DNA of 64,000 bases, taken from the NCBI GenBank assembly GCA_051362555.1, contig CM120640.1, forward strand, positions 49,206,788-49,270,787. The letters run 5' to 3'. Shown one piece after another: positions 51,717 through 64,000 of this stretch (position 1 is its first letter; every line of letters begins with the position of its first letter). Below the pieces are notes generated by a model. The model searched no databases. It saw nothing but the letters and a program-made list of their open reading frames with translations, and was not told the DNA's origin. This DNA comes from Lingula anatina (taxonomy: Eukaryota > Animalia > Brachiopoda). The position numbers were made by a program, and so were the translations under genes.

Positions 51717-52609
51717 ATGACTGGCAAACGATATGATGTGAATGGAGATCATGATGAAGACTCTGTTGGTGTTACGGACGGTAAGTTTCGAACCAAAATA
51801 TCGAGTTCTACAGTGCCCATATTATCATAATGGCACTGTACTGCGTACCCGCAGAAAGAGAACATCGCGTGGTACTGGTACGTGCGCCACAAACATCATC
51901 GATATATCATAATGTCCAGCCATTTCATAATTCATTGAAATACGTTACTACTCATGGATCTTCCTGTAAAACCCTATGCAGATATGATTAATGCATTTCT
52001 TGTTAGAAATAATGAGATGATAAGACATTAATTACTACCATATTGGCTTGTTGCCAACGACGCTCATTTCACTCATGTCAGAGGCAGACGGTATACGAGT
52101 AGGGGGGGGGGGGGGGGGGGGAGGTGCTCCCCATTAACATCTTTAAATGGTTTTCATAGTATGTATGTGGCATGATGAATATGACGCCCACAAAATTAAT
52201 GCCCCCCCCCCCAAGCCATATTGATTATATTTTGACCTTGAAAAATAGTAAGTCATGATGATTCTGCATAATTTTTTAAGAGTTAGTACCTGAGGATAAA
52301 TTCACTTCTGATAGCCAAAATAACCGAGTTATATTAACATATATGTACGAAATGAAACAAAATTTCTGCAGCTGGTATTAGAGTTTGTTGTTTAAAGGTA
52401 TCTATTTAGTAACCCTTATCATTGGAGATATCCCTTTCTACCTTTTCTACCTCACATTAAAACAGTATATAAAATTATGTGAGACAAAACCACTTGTTCA
52501 ATTCAATCCATGTGTTCAACATATGATAGTAAATGTGCCTTAATCTGCTAGACTTCTATTATATATATGCACAAGAAGGCAAATATATTTTATCCTCCAC
52601 CCCCCCCCT

Positions 52610-52646
<37 letters not shown>

Positions 52647-55600
52647 AGCAGAAAATTGGACCCCCCCTTCCCCCCCACTGTCTGCATTGGCTGCTGTGAT
52701 GTATGTGACCAGCCAGTTCAATCTTGTAGGTCTGATCTTGGCCTGCTCCTGTGGCTTGTGTTGTTACGCCTATATACATAAGATGAATACGTGCTGTTTG
52801 TTATGAATGAAGAAAATGCATTGCATAACATATTTTGGGTGAAAAATTAGTAATTTAATGAAAATCCAGTGATGCTCTTGTGCATTTGAAATCGCCTTTG
52901 GCACATTTTAAATAATGTCCCAGAGACAATAATTTAGTGTATGTATTACCTTTCATTTGCACATAATACCTGTGGACGTCTATTGAGTTATTTTGAAATA
53001 TCTTACCTTGGGCGCATTTTTTTATCTTTCAGTTATAAAAATGGTTAGTTTTGACAGTCCCTTCTTCTTGTCCAATGCTTAATTTACACCAATTTTCTTT
53101 TGACAGTTAAATTATAGTCTTATGTTTACTGTAGAATGTGATGACCAAAAGAGGAATGTTACCTACAGGTAGTTCTAGTACTCTTTTGTATAGGTTTTAG
53201 AAGTTTTTGGGTACGTAGTCTGAATAAGAAGCTATGACGTAAGTATACCCCAGCAGTAACAGGTGAAAAATTATTTTAGGTACAACTTTGAAAAGTGGTA
53301 TTTATATCCTTTTGTCCATGGGGAGCCTTATATGAATATAAATATATGTACCTCTTTTATCATGAAATATGTTACAAAATACATCAAGACATGGTCATAG
53401 GTAAAAGACGCACCTCAGGAATCCACCTTTGTCTGCACTTGCCCGCTGTATAATCCTTACAGGGCGCTTGGGTGCCATCATTCAGCTGTGGTTTTTCACA
53501 CGTGTAAATTTCATGTCCACTGAATGACCTTGGATCTTCCTATTAATGAAATGAGAAAGGTCACTTAAAGTATAACCACATGTTGAGACAAATTTTTCAC
53601 GTGACTCTCCTTGCCATGTTGCTTGGCTATTGTAGTCATCACTGAACATCTAGGTTTGCACATCTAGGTTTGTTTTTCTCTCACATTCAGCAGCCATGCC
53701 TGATAAACCGAAGGACTATGATGGGCCCATTAACCCAAAAGATGGTAAAGTATTCATTGTAGTGATTTAATTTGTGTATTTTTCACATTCATTCTTTTTC
53801 AGCTTTGTGTCATAGGACAATTTCTTAGGTTCACCCTGGGTTACGTATACGTGTCCAATAGTTATTTCACTTATTTTCTTTTACAATCTTATGTAAGGTA
53901 TTTTCTCATATTTTCTTAAACATGAATGCACTTATTTGACATCCTCTCAGCGGCAGGTATTGTCAAACTGTTTCGACTTTGTATTAGATTTTATTTGATG
54001 TTTTTCATTTGTTATTCATGTAACCACACCTTTGTTGTTCTGTTGTAGCAGGTCCTGTATCTTTTAGTCGCAATCAAATATAATTTACCCAAGCATTTGA
54101 TTTAGCTAACCTTTACAATATTTAATAATGTTGTCTTCTTTTTAATGTGTCTACATTTTATTGGTTTATTGCATGTCTTTTAGGTGTAACACATGGAATT
54201 AAGTGTTTTTTGTCTTGAAGATTTATATAAAGCAATAATCATACATCAGATGTTTTGTTGTTTTTTTTTTATTTCTCTCTGGTAACAGTGAACAAGTACA
54301 ACCCACTTGGTGGCTTTCAGATTTCTTTCAAATAGCCAAATTTGAAATTAGTGCCTCAAGATAGTATGATATACTCTGCATTGTCATATGTTTGTAATAT
54401 TTTTATTTACATCTTTATTTTTAGTGCCTTTCTGGTGCTCTTGTCGCCTTGGTCTTGCCGCCATTGGTTGCATGGGTTTCTTCATTTTGTATGCCCTCCG
54501 TATCAATATAAGCGTGGCTCTTGTCTGTATGGTCAATCACACAGCTACAGAGATACTAAACAAGCAATCCTCAGTCAATGGGAACCTTTCAGACAGCGTA
54601 TGGTACAACACAAGTTATGGAGAGAATAATACAAGTTTTATAGTCAAGGGAATGATAAATGAGACTACTACCCAGCCAGACCCAACTGGAGTTGTGTGCC
54701 CTGGAGCTGGTGACGGGGAATCAGATGGTGTGGTATGTATATATACATGCAGATGACTTCATTAAATGAAAATTTTCATGCCTTGCTCAGTCTTTTAGAT
54801 TTGATTGTTGGACAGTCTTAATTGTTAAAGCCAAATCATTTTTCAGTGAACTATATGATAATTAGTTTCCAAATATGAATTGTTATTTTTCATTTTGTCA
54901 GGGGGCTGAAGATTAAACCATGTAGCATGTCTTGGTATCTATTTTTTGTGGTTGTAAGTTTTGATGTTGAACAGTCTATTAAATCCCCAACTCTTTGTAG
55001 CTCATGTTTCTGTGTCTGTTAATCTATATAATGAAGAGTTTAGCTCATCTAAGTAAATTAGCCCAGCCCTTTAAAAGATTAGCCCTCAGATAAAATAGCC
55101 TAAAGTTTTCAATGAATATGTTGAAAAAGCAATAAGGTTTAATGTCTCACTACTTATTCACTCACATTCAGTGTAGGTATAAAGGTCTGTAGCAGTGCTA
55201 GTTCCACACAGGGACACATGCAGTTCATTCCATGCACAGTTGTCATCTAATGGCACATTTGTGGAAAACAGTCTGTTACAAATCCATGCTAAATGACCAC
55301 GCCTTCTTAACAGTATGAGATTAACTGAATAACTATAAATCTAGCAGCACAGTAAAACATAAAGCATTGTGGAATTTTTTTAGTATAACATGTATATAAT
55401 AATTATTATATACATGTTATATAATAATTATTATATACATGTTATACTAATTATTATATAATAATTATTGATTTGCTGATTTAAAGCCCTAAAGACATTG
55501 AGCATTTATGTATCTATATCTTTGCTCGACATCTGAAAAATTAATCATATAGATGGATGGACATGGACTATTTAACCATCAAGGTACCTGATTTATTAAC

Positions 55601-58600
55601 CTGACTTCTGCAAAAGACTGATGTGTTTTTGGGTTAATAGAGGCCATGCTAGATGTGGACATGCATTTAGTGTTTTGACATTAATATTGAGATTGTGACA
55701 AATTCAAAAGCGTGCATTAAACCTTACTAAAAGGTATGTATACAGGATTTTCTTTTGAAAAAATTATACTTTTTGATGGAATAAACAGTTTTTCCTTTGT
55801 GTGACCAACCTGTACATGATCCTTTTTACTGGATACCGTCTTAATTATGTAACAATCTGAGAAAATTGAAAACCATTCCTGTGAGGTCAATTCTTGCAAA
55901 GGCTGTTAGATTCCTTGAGATTTCATACTGTCAAGTTGGTCGATGGGCAGTGAGGTCTGTCAAGAGGGGAACATTTCATTTATTTATTTATTAAAAATTT
56001 TTGCAAAACATAATATAAATATAATATTATCCATGGCATTTGTAAATCAGTTAAAAATGAACAAAAAGTATTACTTGTCATCAGAAAAGTTCAACAAGAA
56101 GTGGTTTATGTAGGTAACTTGTATTAAAAACTCTATACAAGTTTACTCTCTGTCAATAAAATGACTATGGAAGTGAAAGCTTTTTCAAGTTATCCTACTC
56201 TTTCATCACAGTTATGGTACCCTGTAGATGTTAGAATTTGCTTTTAATATTTATCCTTTAAAATGTTTAAATCTCAGCAGAACTTACTTCATATTATTGG
56301 AAGTTTTGTTTCTTAAGTGATTTATTATGAAATTAGAAAGCAAGCTGTCAGATTCAATTCTAAATCTTTAAAACTCAGAAAACAGACTGACAAGATGGCT
56401 TCATCAGTTGATCATGGCTTCAGTGGCAAGCATTGATTTTATCTTGTGTGAATCCATGAAAGCTCTCCATGGAGATTTTTCAAGTGTGAATGTTGTCTGG
56501 ATTGGTCAGGCAAGATGAATGCCTGCCTTTTACAATAATGCTCCAATTCACCCATTAATTGATTAAAGGAAGCCTGCTGAAGTATGCTGCACAGATGTCA
56601 GTGAGATATCACTAAAAGATCTCAAAGAAGTGTCTCAAACATCAAAATGCTGCTTGTAAAATCATTTAAAAGATCTAGTTTGTGGAGTTATATGTGTATA
56701 TCCTATTGCCTTACTCTCTTTGCAACAAATATCTGCTTCATTCTAAAGATTTCAGGTACACACTGTAATATCTTTTATCATTTGCAGATGAGTATAGTTA
56801 AGATACCATGTTTTATTAGCAAATTGTTATTGAAATTGAAATATAATCCTCTCACTCCCATGGTATCGGTAGGGCTGGCAATATTTAAAAAGCAATAAGT
56901 TGAATTATTGGTGCAAAATGCTTCTTAATTTAATAACAGTTTTGCAAACTTAATTCCACTTTCTCATACTATAAGTATCCTTATACATGATGCAATCTCA
57001 TGAACTTGCTGTTAAAAGCCTGGGTGCTTAATCTCTGAAATCAGCATCAGTTTGTTTTAACAGTTGGTGCTGGATAAATAAAAACATGACATAAAGTCAA
57101 GAAATGGAAAATAGCTACAAATCTCTTTGGTAATAACTACATGCTCCTCTTTGCTCAAACTTTGGTTGCAAAACATCAAATTATCATATTTTTATTACTG
57201 TTTTTGTTTATTTCAGAATGGTGAATTCATATGGAGTAAGGACATCCAAGGGCATATTTTAGGCTCTTTCTTCTATGGCTACCTGGCAACCCAGATCCCT
57301 GGGGGTTGGTTGGCAGAGAGATTCGGTGGAAAATGGGTCTTTGGAATCTCCATGCTTATGGCCTCCATTGCTACCATCTTCTGCCCAATAGCAGCCAGAG
57401 TTCATTGGGGATTTCTAATCTTTATGAGAATATTAGTTGGTCTGGGCTCAGTAAGTATTGCAGCACTAGTATGATATTCAAACTGACCAAGTCATTTGTC
57501 ATGAGTCATATATATCCATATGTAATTAGTGACTATAATCTTTCGTTAAAACAATTCAGAATACATGTGAGGCAAAAAATATGTTTAGCTTAGCATAACA
57601 CGCAGAATAAAAATGTTTAACTCCTAAACTTCCCAATCTTACAATCTATGGCTTCGTTCACATGGAATGTCTATTTTCTAAAAATCTATTTTCTATTCGT
57701 GCTATCTTATGATCACGGTCTGTGCCCTGAATATCCCGCCGCGTAATTACTGGCAGCGCGAGCCAGTTACTTATAGTAACTTATAGTAACTGGCTCGCGC
57801 TGCCAGTAATTACGCCGCGGGATATTCAGGGCACAGACTGTGATCATAAGACATACCGGGAATAGAAAATAGAATTTAGAAAATAGACATTGCATGTGAA
57901 TGAAGCCTATATTGAACAATATTGAAAATATCATTATTTGGGGTAATAAATGGGATGTTATTGTTCTAACAGCAGCTACAGCATAATTCTGCTGCAAGCT
58001 GCTGACCAAAGTGGCAAATACAAGTTGGTTATGATGTTGTATATCATATTGAACTTGTTATTTTTTGGTGTCAACCAAAATCCCATATAGCTGAGGTCTG
58101 TAGCTCAGTTACCACTTAATGCTAAAAGCATCCCACTTCATTAGTGTAGGAGATGTGTTAAATATTTATGAAGCAACATGGATGGTTTATTAACCAGATG
58201 CATTGCATGTAGACAGAATTTATATTCTCAACATGTATTGTGTTGCTGGTGTTGAATGTGGAAATGAACATTTATCTAGATGCCCCTTTTTCACAACTTG
58301 CCATGAATGGTTATAAGTCTGTGATAAAAAAAGGGTCAATGAACTTTGGTGCACTGCACCATTTGATAGTGCATACCAAATTTACATATATTGTCATTGT
58401 TTTGAGATACCTTTATTGAATATACTGATTATACTACTTGTACAGATGGATTTGGATACATATTGCCATGCTCCCATTCGAGGGCCTCATGCAGAATCTG
58501 AATATCAAACGGTCTCCATCTCTCTCTCTCTCTCCTTTCTGCATTTGTATTTTTGAAAAAAAGATAAAATCACATTATTAAATTGTTATGTGATACTTAA

Positions 58601-61600
58601 TTATTTTAAGGGTGTTGCTTTCCCTGTGATGCATACTATATGGGCCAACTGGGCTCCACCAATGGAGAGATCCAAACTGACTGGGCTCACTTATGCAGGT
58701 ACTGTAAAGAGCTATCAGTTAATTTAAATATATCTGTCAACAATATTTACAATAATTGGAAGAAGTTCTGACTCCTTTTAAGATCATGCGATGAAGTGAC
58801 ATTTTTTTCTTATTTCATTAAGTATATTAACTCGTTTGTAGAGCATGCCTTTGAAAAAAATATATTTTAATTCAGATACATGTATACATGTAGTTCGTGT
58901 TCAACATATTTAAAGTAATACAAAAATTCAGTTTTAATACTTTTCCAGGTACCCAACTGGGTAATATCCTCACACTACCTCTAGGAGGGTTTTTGTGCCA
59001 GTATGGCTTTGATGGAGGATGGGCGTCCATCTTCTATGTTCTAGGTAAGTTAACATATTGACCAAACCTTAGCTACATGCTGAATAGAATAATTATACTG
59101 GAAGGTCTTATACTGGAAAGAATTTAGTTCACACTTGCAGATAATACTAGAAAATATTAATATTTAATCAGTTGCTTATCAGGCACTGGTGTTGGACTGT
59201 TGGCAATTATCTGGAAAAGTAGGAGGAATTTTAAAAAATTGGAAATTGTATTTTGGTTATTACAGTTAGAGAAAAAAGAGAAGGAACCTGGGGTTTTGTT
59301 TAATAAAAAAAAACTGCCTTTGGACAGATGCAAACATAGACAAACTTAAGTTAAATTTAGAAAATTAAGGGGTGTAATTAACAATGATGTAATGCTTTAT
59401 TATTGGTCTTGTCTTTCAAATTTATTTTCATTCCCCCAGAAAAAGTGTAACTCTGATGCAATCACAGATTCTAGCCTGTAAAATAACCTCATGTTTATGG
59501 CATGTACTTTTATTTTGAGCTTGTAGTGTTGGGGTAGAAAATCCCTTGGTTTCCACTCTCTGCCTTTTTCCTTGAAAAACAACATGTCTATAGGTCAGTT
59601 GGTCTGAAACTGTAGCTGAAAATAGAAAAAGATTCTATGCTGTAAACTATTATCCTGGTGGGCAGTCTGGGATGAACACCTTGAGAACTTAGATAATTTG
59701 GGGTTATTGATAAGACAGTCTGATATTGAATTTCTTTTGTTGTTGCTAGACCTCAGTGGGAAAGTTTGGTACTCAGATCACTGCCCCTCAACCTTTGCTT
59801 TTTTTCTGAATATCAGAATGAGACAGTTACTTCATCATTTGGAATATCAATGATTGGTGAGGACAATATCATGTAATCAGGATGGCATTTTGATCAGCTA
59901 TCCAAAGCTTTTCTTGGTGTGAACTTTGCAAGTATTAATCAGCTTTAAATACCATGATCAACTTTTTGTAGCTGTCCACAAAACAACAAGAAAAGATGTG
60001 TAAATGCAAAGTTAGATAATATATCTGAGCACCTTCAAGAACTTGACACCATAGCAATATCCTAGGAATTACGTAGAAAGTAGTGCCACTGCCCACAGTT
60101 TGATCTCTGAATTTACGGAAAATGAACCAGGTATTCATTTATCATGGCTGGAGTCTGCTAATGTATACTGGAATTTGCCAGTTCCTAACCCACCTTGCAT
60201 ACCTGAACTTATGCTCTGCCACAAGAATAGTCCCAAGGACTTTACCCACTGCCTAAATACTTACATAGAATTTTAGACATAGTTGACCTGACTATTGAAT
60301 AATGTTGTTTTTATGATGAAGTGCTATAAAAGTAGTGCAGAATTTTTACTGTCCCTATGTAACTGCATCCCCATAATTCCCATACATATGTTAAGTTCTA
60401 ACTGATTCACATTTGATTAACTTAACATATTATTCCCACAGATTTTATATATATGTTGCTCAAACAGTTGTAGTTTATATTCAGCTGATCTTTGTTTTTG
60501 ATAACCAAACTTACTGTTGCACCTCAATCAGTATCACATTTCTAATGTGTGCAATACATGTCACCAAAAATTAATAATTGTATAATGTTGTATATATATA
60601 TTGTCATTTAGTTTTTTCTTTTAAAATGTATGTTCAAAATTCCATGGGGAGATTACTATAATTATATACAATAAAACACTTTAAATGATGTATTATATAC
60701 AATAATACATTATTTAAAGTGTTGTAAGTTGCCAGGGATCAGATCTGATTTTCTGATTTTAGAATTTTAGTTTTACATTTACTTTTATATGAATTTTTAC
60801 CTGGTATACTGAATTTTTGATTGACTCACACATAATCCCCGTGGCTTAGCTAACTGATAAACAAAGCCTTGAAGTTGCTTGATATGCAACTGTTGCATGC
60901 TGTGAAATAGTAATATTTTTACACATGATGATATCCAATGATGACAGAAAGAAAAACGAAATTTGGTATAAATTCTTGGTATTTTTGTGCTCTAATTATG
61001 TATATTCTAATTTAAGAAAGATTGGCTGTTCTACCCAAAGGATATTTATGTGACACTTCAAAAAGTTTTATGTTGAGTTGTTAATACTTCTTTATGATAC
61101 TGTAAAATTCCAGTGCTTGATTATCAACTTCCAAATTCTAAAACCCAAATCCCATGGAATAGTAGACAGCCTAACAGAAAGATAAATATAGTGTTTTCAA
61201 AGCTTTATCTAATACTGATGTCTACTTGGATTGGTACAGGTTATCAAAGGAAATTACAGATAGGATTACTAGATCTTGCTTGGGGTCAAGCCTGTACTAG
61301 CAGGGTTATCTTTAGCTTTCAGTGAAAAGTACCTCCCCCCCCCCCCCCCCAAAGAAAAAAAAAATTATATGCTCAGTCACAGTGCACACATTTTATTTAC
61401 ACTTTAGAAGGTCTTGAAAGATATGGATTTTGATGCACTTAGGAAAAAGTGCTAGAATAGAGCACTGTTGGAAATTTGTAATAGTTCATATACAAATCAA
61501 TGGTACACAATTAATATTTCATTGAATATCATCCCATAATTGGTGTAGTAGTAAGTCATTATTATTTCACATCGAAGTAATGTGATTCCAGACTGATAAC

Positions 61601-62796
61601 ATACAACCTATAATATTTATATAATGTACTGTATGGGAGTAGCCCCCCCCCCCCCCCCCCCCCCCCCCTCCAATGTATATGATGCACAGATTCAATTAAC
61701 TGCAGAAGGTCTTCATAGATAGGGATTTTGATGCACTAAGGAATAGTTTGAGACAAGGCTCAGATGGATGCACACATCTGACATTTAAGAGGCACTTTAG
61801 TGATTTGATTAAAATGATTGATCAAGACTGTTTTTTGAAGGGACTTTTATTGAAATGAATTATGTAAATGTTATAAGAGAGTGCTGTCAACCTACTTACT
61901 GTATGAAGATGCTTTTATAAGCTCTGAGGAAAATTGATATTTTACCCTGTTTGAAGTAAATCTGGTTTGAATTTTGTAACTGGGGATTGATAAAAGACAG
62001 ACTTATTTGAACCAGATCAACAAATTTCATCCCTACCTTGCATGATTATGCAATATAGGTATTTATAAATATAAACATGTATGTAGGTTTACAGGTTTTG
62101 TTACATGATCACAAGATTTAGCACTCATCGACTGGTCAAGAGGCAGTCACGTGTGGTCAATATTTTACCATATTGACCTCCTAACAGGTCAATATTGGCC
62201 ACCATTTTGGATCTCTCTCTTAAGCTGGTTGACTAGTTTGATCCTGTTGTTCTCGTATGTGATATTGTACCATGGTATTCCATTTTATTTTGACAGCATT
62301 AAACTTTTGAAAAATGTTCAATTTGTCTTGTTTTCAAAATTCATGATTATGTTACAAAACAGTCTTCTCTTGGTTATATATTCATCCCAATACTGAGATA
62401 ATTGACCAGTCCTTAATTATCCCAGCTTTGAAACAAAACATATAGCCAAGAGATGACCTCACCCAAAGTCAATAATTATGTATCTTGTTAAGCAATTTTC
62501 CAATATAGTATAGGCATCACCACCGAAGATGGCTCTCAATTATCCCAACCTAACCATTTTTACAATTTTGCAGTTTTTTAATATATTTTAGTTATTAATC
62601 TTATCAATAAAATAGAGATGGATATTTCTTTTATTCTGTGTTATGTTATATTTCAGGTTTGCTTGGGGTTATCTGGTGTATATTATGGTTGATACTGGTC
62701 AGCAATTCCCCTGCTGACCATCCCCGCATCTCAGCTATTGAGAGGGACTTTATTCTACAGAGTTTGAAGGGACAGATGGACCATAAGGACAAAAAG
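51717..62796 (+). CDS. SLC17/sialin-like MFS anion transporter, 5' part (exons 51717-51780, 53691/53694-53744, 54425-54732, 57217-57450, 58611-58698, 58949-59044, 62657-62796); continues beyond window
   Basis: [16 protein letters not shown] (TM1), [71 protein letters not shown] are SLC17 hallmarks; phases join in frame. Confidence 0.92.
52611..52645. repeat. (CA)n microsatellite
   Basis: About 17 CA units. Confidence 0.95.
57650..57907. mobile_element. Fully palindromic (foldback) MITE, PIF/Harbinger-like, in SLC17 intron
   Basis: GGCTTCGTTCACAT...ATGTGAATGAAGCC; ~120-bp arms with few mismatches; 3-bp TAT duplicated on both flanks (57647-57649, 57908-57910). Confidence 0.85.
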
Positions 62797-64000
62797 GTAG
62801 AGTTGTGCTGTATCACGAGATGATTAATTGTGCACTTAATTTAAAAAACCAATAAAATGCTTAATCCAGACATTTGAATTTTAACCAAATTGAAGTGCAT
62901 TAAATATTTCACACAGCAAGCAACTTTTCACTGGAATTAATTATAAATTGGTTGAAGAGGTGTTACATTATATTGCCCTTAGTTCACTTTGGAATCGTTA
63001 TGTCTTTGGAGCATAGTATAAGTGATAATGTTCTTTTTATTTGCCTCCAGGAAGAGGTAGGCTTGGGTTAAATGTCCTTGGTGTAATGTTTTTTTTTTCT
63101 TTCAATGTAAAATTTCTTTAATGTGTCTTCCATTTGCATGTTTATGGTACTGTAGTTGATGATAATTGATGACCATGTAGCATCAATAACACTGGAATGT
63201 GTGTGCATGCACATGCCAGCATATATATATTTGCATTTGCATTTGTCAGCAATGTTGGTCTACACATTTTATATTTTGAGTTCAGTGAACAAAGCAATGA
63301 CCAAATTGTATGATGAATTTGCCTTTTAGGTTTTTTCATCTTCAAGAGAAATTAATGTTTGTACTTTAGTTTATGACCTCATGGGAAATGACCTGAACAG
63401 GCTGCATGCATATATTTACATTACATTGCCAAATTGATTAGAGCTGATTTTTGTCTCCTGCTGTTATCAAGTCAGTACCACTTTTCACTGATATCTGTAG
63501 TTATGAAAGAATTTGTTTGAATAGAAGATATTTGAAAAGATCTGTGTCCTGGACATAAAATTTCCAAATGTTCAAAAATCAATCAAAGGTTTCACTTTCT
63601 TAGAAAAAAGAGACTAAAGGTTTAATAATTGATAAAAGATTAAGTTGTAATTTGTGAATTATTGATTTTATAGAGCCTTAAACTTGAAAAATCTGAAAGT
63701 TTGCATTATGGACAGAATTTTTAATTTGTGTACACAACACTCAAAATGAATTTTATTAGCATTTTCTCACATGAAGTAAAAGTCCTAAAATTCCTAAAGG
63801 TAAACACATAAAAAGTCAGTGAAATCTCAGAAAATGGGTAATTGGTTATAAGCTAAAACTCATAGTTATGGCTGTAATGCAAAACTAATACATGGAATGC
63901 CCCATATGCTATATTTTACAGACAGACACTTCCTGACCATATCTGAAATAGTGGCTAACATGATTGATTATTGACTATTCTCATGAAAAGCAGCTACATT

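Noticed and set aside
54049-54051. TGTAG|CAG|GTCCTG as a 3-nt microexon
   Set aside because: The donor is very weak and such strings arise often by chance.
61330-61750. Degenerate ~120-bp direct repeat following poly-C runs
   Set aside because: An old local duplication in an intron with no further structure.
62130-62411. 10-bp inverted repeat GACTGGTCAA/TTGACCAGTC as MITE ends
   Set aside because: Too short, no TSD, and no second copy in the window.

Overview
AT-rich animal genomic DNA with spliceosomal introns; an invertebrate, probably mollusc-like, source is inferred from the repeat families. Six protein-coding genes were reconstructed by hand from splice sites: two tandem dithiol glutaredoxins (+), SMC5 (-) head-to-head with VPS45 (+), a highly atypical SLC6/NSS-fold transporter (-), and the 5' half of an SLC17/sialin-like transporter (+). 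About 9 kb between the glutaredoxins is a Russian-doll nest of non-autonomous Helentron-like (HINE/DINE-1-type) elements carrying 161-bp tandem repeats. A second family with 146-bp repeats sits against an SMC5 splice acceptor, and several MITEs are scattered in introns and intergenic DNA. Most notable: an intact SLC6 lacking its canonical ion, gate and substrate motifs; an N-myristoylation leader in-frame in one glutaredoxin but frameshifted into a uORF in the other, with both keeping an ARE; a ~23-bp hairpin that would be closed by splicing of two candidate non-coding exons; candidate 6-nt microexons; two GC-AG introns; and an R>C change in the SMC5 signature motif. No prokaryote-type system is present. 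Most entries in the ORF track are spurious or are single exons read through into introns.
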